DNA of 53,026 nt from Octopus bimaculoides. Lineage: Eukaryota. Below are positions 48,969 to 53,026 of the stretch, one piece after another. Every line of letters begins with the position of its first letter. Position 1 is the stretch's first letter. The position numbers and the translations under genes were made by a program. The notes below the pieces were generated by a model. The model ran no database searches. It was not told the origin of the DNA and saw only the letters and a list, made by a program, of their open reading frames with translations. The stretch covers positions 141,613,420 to 141,666,445 of the forward strand of contig NC_068982.1 in NCBI RefSeq assembly GCF_001194135.2, given 5' to 3'.

Positions 48969-51609
48969 TCGATTATTTTAATATTTTGACGATAACATCG
49001 ACGTCTAAACTTCTACGAATTTTCTAAAGTTTTATGAATATGTCACTGAAATAATATAGGCTGTTGAACAATATTTGCTAAAACATAATAGAATGGTATT
49101 GGTGAAATTATGGTTAATGCAGAGAGCATGACAAAATTGTTTAGAATTAATTATACTTTTGAATAATAAAAAAAAAATAGTTCTTTGATTTCATTGTACG
49201 CCTAAAATATTTTTGGAGTCGCCTCCCTTTGTCGCTGATGACATTGAAGTAATATAAATCATTTATCAAACATGAGGTTGATGTTTAACACTTACTGCTG
49301 TTGTTGTTTTTTTTTGTGTGTGCTTTAAACGCTTTAATATATGATTATACGTTGCTGTGTAGGTGTACGTCCTTTTTACACTGAAATGAACTTCAATATA
49401 ATTTTCCAGGAAAACTGTTCTAAAGTAGTAATTTCTAATTTCAGCCAGTATAATAAAGTAACATTCTGAAATAAAACGAGGGAACTGAGATGTAAGTTTG
49501 GTAAAGATTATATTACAAATATATAACCAAACAAAAACATGTTTAGAAGAAGGCTTACATTACCGCCATTAATATACTTTGACAAGACGTTTGGAGATTG
49601 TTTCCTTTTGATTTTTTCTCGTTAATTCTTTCAGAATGATCTTAGAACGCAGCCTATTTATGTGGCTGGTCATTCCAAGATTGGCCAGATGTTAGACTAC
49701 AACAGCACATGTCGATGAATATCATTTGTTTAAAATTACTAACGCGGAGTGTTAGTAATAGTTATTACTGTTAAATTTATGTTAATAAAATTACAAAATG
49801 ATGGTGTTTAGTCCAAAATTTCAATGATGATATCGATATCTGAATAATTTCATAATGTAAACTAAGCATTTATTTATTTATTTAAAACAATCTTATATGC
49901 TAGTTCAAACTGAATGTTTTGCGTTCATTTTTAAGTTACTATTTCAATAGCGTTTTCTCCCCACTGACACCTTCCTGGATAAAATTAAGAGCTATTATAT
50001 AATTACGTATAATTCCACATCCCTTGAATTTCACTCTATGAATCGCTTCTTGAGAGAAATATCTCATTCATAATGTGTTTTGGGAACCATTCAAAATCGT
50101 GCGTGTTTAAAAGCAGACCACGATACGGCTTATAGAAATTTAGCTTCACAGGAGATCTAGTATCAAGGCTAGATGCTTAAGGCTCTGCAAATGTTCTTCG
50201 GTGCTGGTTTGCTTTGTGAAATCAGCTTATAGAATAAGTATATCTTATTTGTTGTATTGTTGAAATCAATATTATTATAAACTACACAATCATTCTGCAA
50301 AAATATTTGCGTTTACAATAATGCGTTGTCTCTACATTATGGTCACTAATTAGTTGTATGAGTGGAGGCCATATATTTTCAACAGAAATATTGCTCTTCA
50401 TATGCTAGATAACGAGCAATTGTTACTTACTTTGCTGCTTTCAAATTGATGTTATATATCTGAAGATCAACATAATTATTGAAGAACTGTATCGAAGTTT
50501 CTGGCTTCGTGACGTCATCACAGTTTCGATTTCTGGTAAAAATGCAATATTTCGAAATAAAAAACATTTTCAGTTACGTTTCGATTGACTTTAGAAACAA
50601 GTAAAAATAATGTCGGGATCAATATTTTATTCTCAGAGAAACTTTTTAAAAAATATTTTGTTTCACCCGAAAAAAAAAACTTTACAATTTATTTGCATTA
50701 TTTGAATTAACGTTTTATGGAAATTCATGTGTCGCTTCCAAATCGAAATTGCATAACCAATACTGTAATTGTACAGTCTCAAAAACCCAATATTCAATAA
50801 TCACCGGGGCATCATTTTTTTTTGTTTAAACGCTATTGTTGGTTTCAGTAATATTATTATCATCATCATTATTAGTAGTAGTAATAGTATCATAATTAAT
50901 TTTATAATAATAATAATAATAATAATAATAATGTTAATAATAATAATAATAATCATTTATTGTTATCATGATTATTGTTGTTATTATTACCTGTTTGTTA
51001 CTAACAATGTTAAGTACACAAAATTGAATTAATGCAAAGAAATAAAGCAAATATGCCTTGTTTGTTATATTACCGTTATATAGATTACACTACAAAACGC
51101 ACCAACGCATATTGGATGATTCTAGAAAGCCTTGTCTCATTTTATTATTTTGTCGAAGAACACCTGCATGCATTACTAATTTATTATATCCACAAAGATT
51201 TATTCAACACGTTATCAACACATAACCAAATTTTTCATTAAATTATGCCGGCTAACATCTTACATATATTCAATCATTCATTTTAATATGTCTTTTGTTA
51301 ATGAAATATTTGAAAATAAAATCGAATTATTTTGGGACCCATGCTAGACGAAATATAAATAAAAAAGAAATAACATTTACCTCGTAAATATTCTCTAAAC
51401 ATAGCAAACAATATGTAAATAAAGTATCAAAGTGTTATTGCAACCAGATTTTATTAACAGATGCATTGCAGTTAGTGAAATACATAAGCCCATTGTATTC
51501 ACTTTGAGAAAAAAACATTATATAAATATATATAAATTTGTATACATCCACAAATGCTTACACATACATACATAAATATATATATTCATATATATGTGTG
51601 TTGGGAGGA

Positions 51610-51790
51610 GTTCAAATGTACAGAAAACAAAAGACAAATACAGGCTAGGGAACAACATGTACATTGGTTTGACGCAAGGGAATAATGGGGAACGGTTTGA
51701 CGTTTCGAACCAACGCTCTACGAGGGAAACAGATGCGAGGGAAAAATTTGGTGACAGAGAATACCAAATAAAGAAACAAATGTGTCGTGG
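51610..51790 (-). mobile_element. Diverged pLTR-like repeat related to 37880-38075, with an HHR relic
   Basis: Reverse complement of 51695-51730: GTTT-CCCTCGT-A-GAGC(GTTG)GTTC-GAAA-CG-T-C-AAAC; stems kept, CTGANGA core lost. Confidence 0.5.
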
Positions 51791-52560
51791 CATGACGAGG
51801 CAAAACAGGCCCACCGGGAAGAACAACATGATCCACTCTTTTGTCTAGTGTATCATATACTTGATGTATCAACTTGAAAGAAGTATCAGAAACCCTCCTT
51901 AGCCAAAGACCTTCTGAGTCCAATGCTATTGCTGTGGCGCTCGAGCCACTTCTTGAAGGCCTCCTGGAAGTTCTGCAAACTGAAAATACGTGAAATAATT
52001 GTCATAGGTTCGTCTTCTCTATTTATTTGAGTTTTAACCAAAGGTGACAGAGATCAAGTTCACGACTGCTAAGAGATTGAGGGACAGTTGTGATGCACAT
52101 GTCCTTCGATTAGTTGGCTGCCAACATGAAATTGTGGTTCGGCGCATTGTCCCGGTCCGTGTTCTTTGGCCTTTTGCTATGAAAAGTTTTCCCTTTCCTC
52201 GCCTTCAAGTCCTTTTCGCAACCGTCTGGTCAGGAGGAATCAAGTATATGATTCACTAGTCAGAAAAGTGGATCATGCTGTTCTTCCACTGGGCCACTTT
52301 TACCAGCAGAAAACAGATGCTTTCGAATATTTCATAAATTTCCTTGAACTTTCGAAGATTCTTTTAGTTTCGTTAACTTTTTGCGCGGTTTAATTCAAGC
52401 GTTTTTTGCATAGCATGCTTCGAAATTGTATTCATGTCCCCTCTACATAAAACACACTAGTCACCCGCGTCAGGGAGTTATAATTAGTATGTGTTTGAAG
52501 TGCTGTAATAACCATTTCCTCCAATCTGGACTAACAAAATTCAGCAAGTCAGCGTATGAG
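51790..52560 (-). pseudogene. Decayed mariner (DD34D-like) transposase relics in opposite orientations
   Basis: Minus strand: MIHFSD**IIYLIPPDQTVAK, DNAPNHN...TVPQ..S.ELDLCHLWLKLK, FQEAFKKWLER. Plus strand about 51790-51870: RQNRPTGKNNMIHSFV*CIIYL. 51810-51868 is a diverged inverse of 52239-52297. Confidence 0.6.
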
Positions 52561-52644
52561 CTGCATAGAAATGATATAATAAAATCGAAAGAATCTAGGA
52601 TTGTTATAACTGCCTCTCCTAAAGAAGTCATAACATTTCAGGAA

Positions 52645-52837
52645 TGCACCACGCTGAAAAGTTCCTGGCTTTAAAGGTATCGTGAAAGTGTGAGAATTCC
52701 GAGTTCTGTTACAGGGCTTCGAAAACTTAAGAACCACTGCAATAAGTGAATCTCAGAGGTAAACATGTTAAATACGTTTTTAATTAACGTTTGTATTTTC
52801 TGTTACTCAACCCAAGGAATTTTTCACCAAAAGCTCG
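52645..52837. mobile_element. Degraded mariner-type MITE
   Basis: GCTGAAAAGTTCCTGGC on the left versus CCAAGGAATTTTTCACC...CTCG|TA on the right. Confidence 0.55.
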
Positions 52838-52861
52838 TATGTACCCTCCATCAATGAGACG

Positions 52862-53010
52862 GGGGCCGGCCATGCTGTGGAAACTCTTTGAAGAATGTGA
52901 GTCGATGAGTCTACCCCATTACATATATTTATTTCAAAGCCTTGTACATGTTATATCGGTCTATAACGATAAACCGCTAAGTTATAGGGGCGTAAATGAA
53001 GCAAAACCGT
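52862..53010 (-). mobile_element. Degraded 3' part of SINE family C
   Basis: GGCCATGCTGTGGAAAC...AAACCGCTAAGTTATAGGGGCGTAAA, followed by (TA)n at the window end. Confidence 0.6.
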
Positions 53011-53026
53011 ATATATATATATATAT

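Noticed and set aside
1-53026. CRISPR arrays, rRNA, prokaryotic operons or defence systems
   Set aside because: No repeat-spacer periodicity, no rRNA-like sequence and no dense coding; the DNA is clearly eukaryotic repeat-rich non-coding sequence.

Overview
AT-rich, repeat-saturated eukaryotic DNA with 8 N-gaps, each next to a microsatellite. The SINE families, microsatellite load and gap pattern look like an octopus (cephalopod) short-read assembly; this is inferred from recalled repeat sequences, not from a search. No host gene can be confidently called, and almost all ORF-track entries are artefacts of (TA)n/(CA)n runs, N-gaps or antisense frames. The window is a patchwork of tRNA-derived SINEs, two DD37D (maT-type) Tc1/mariner elements with TIRs and TA duplications, mariner relics, MITEs, a HINE-like element, decayed LINE fragments (CR1, RLE/R4-type) and a Penelope-like (PLE) GIY-YIG endonuclease fragment. 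The most striking signal is six minimal hammerhead-ribozyme (HHR) motifs from about four repeat families. One family is a tRNA-headed, (AAT)n-spaced, HHR-carrying SINE-like element. It occurs twice as asymmetric inverted (fold-back) insertions, once with an exact 15-bp target-site duplication. This suggests a Pol III-driven, ribozyme-bearing non-autonomous element mobilised by Penelope machinery.
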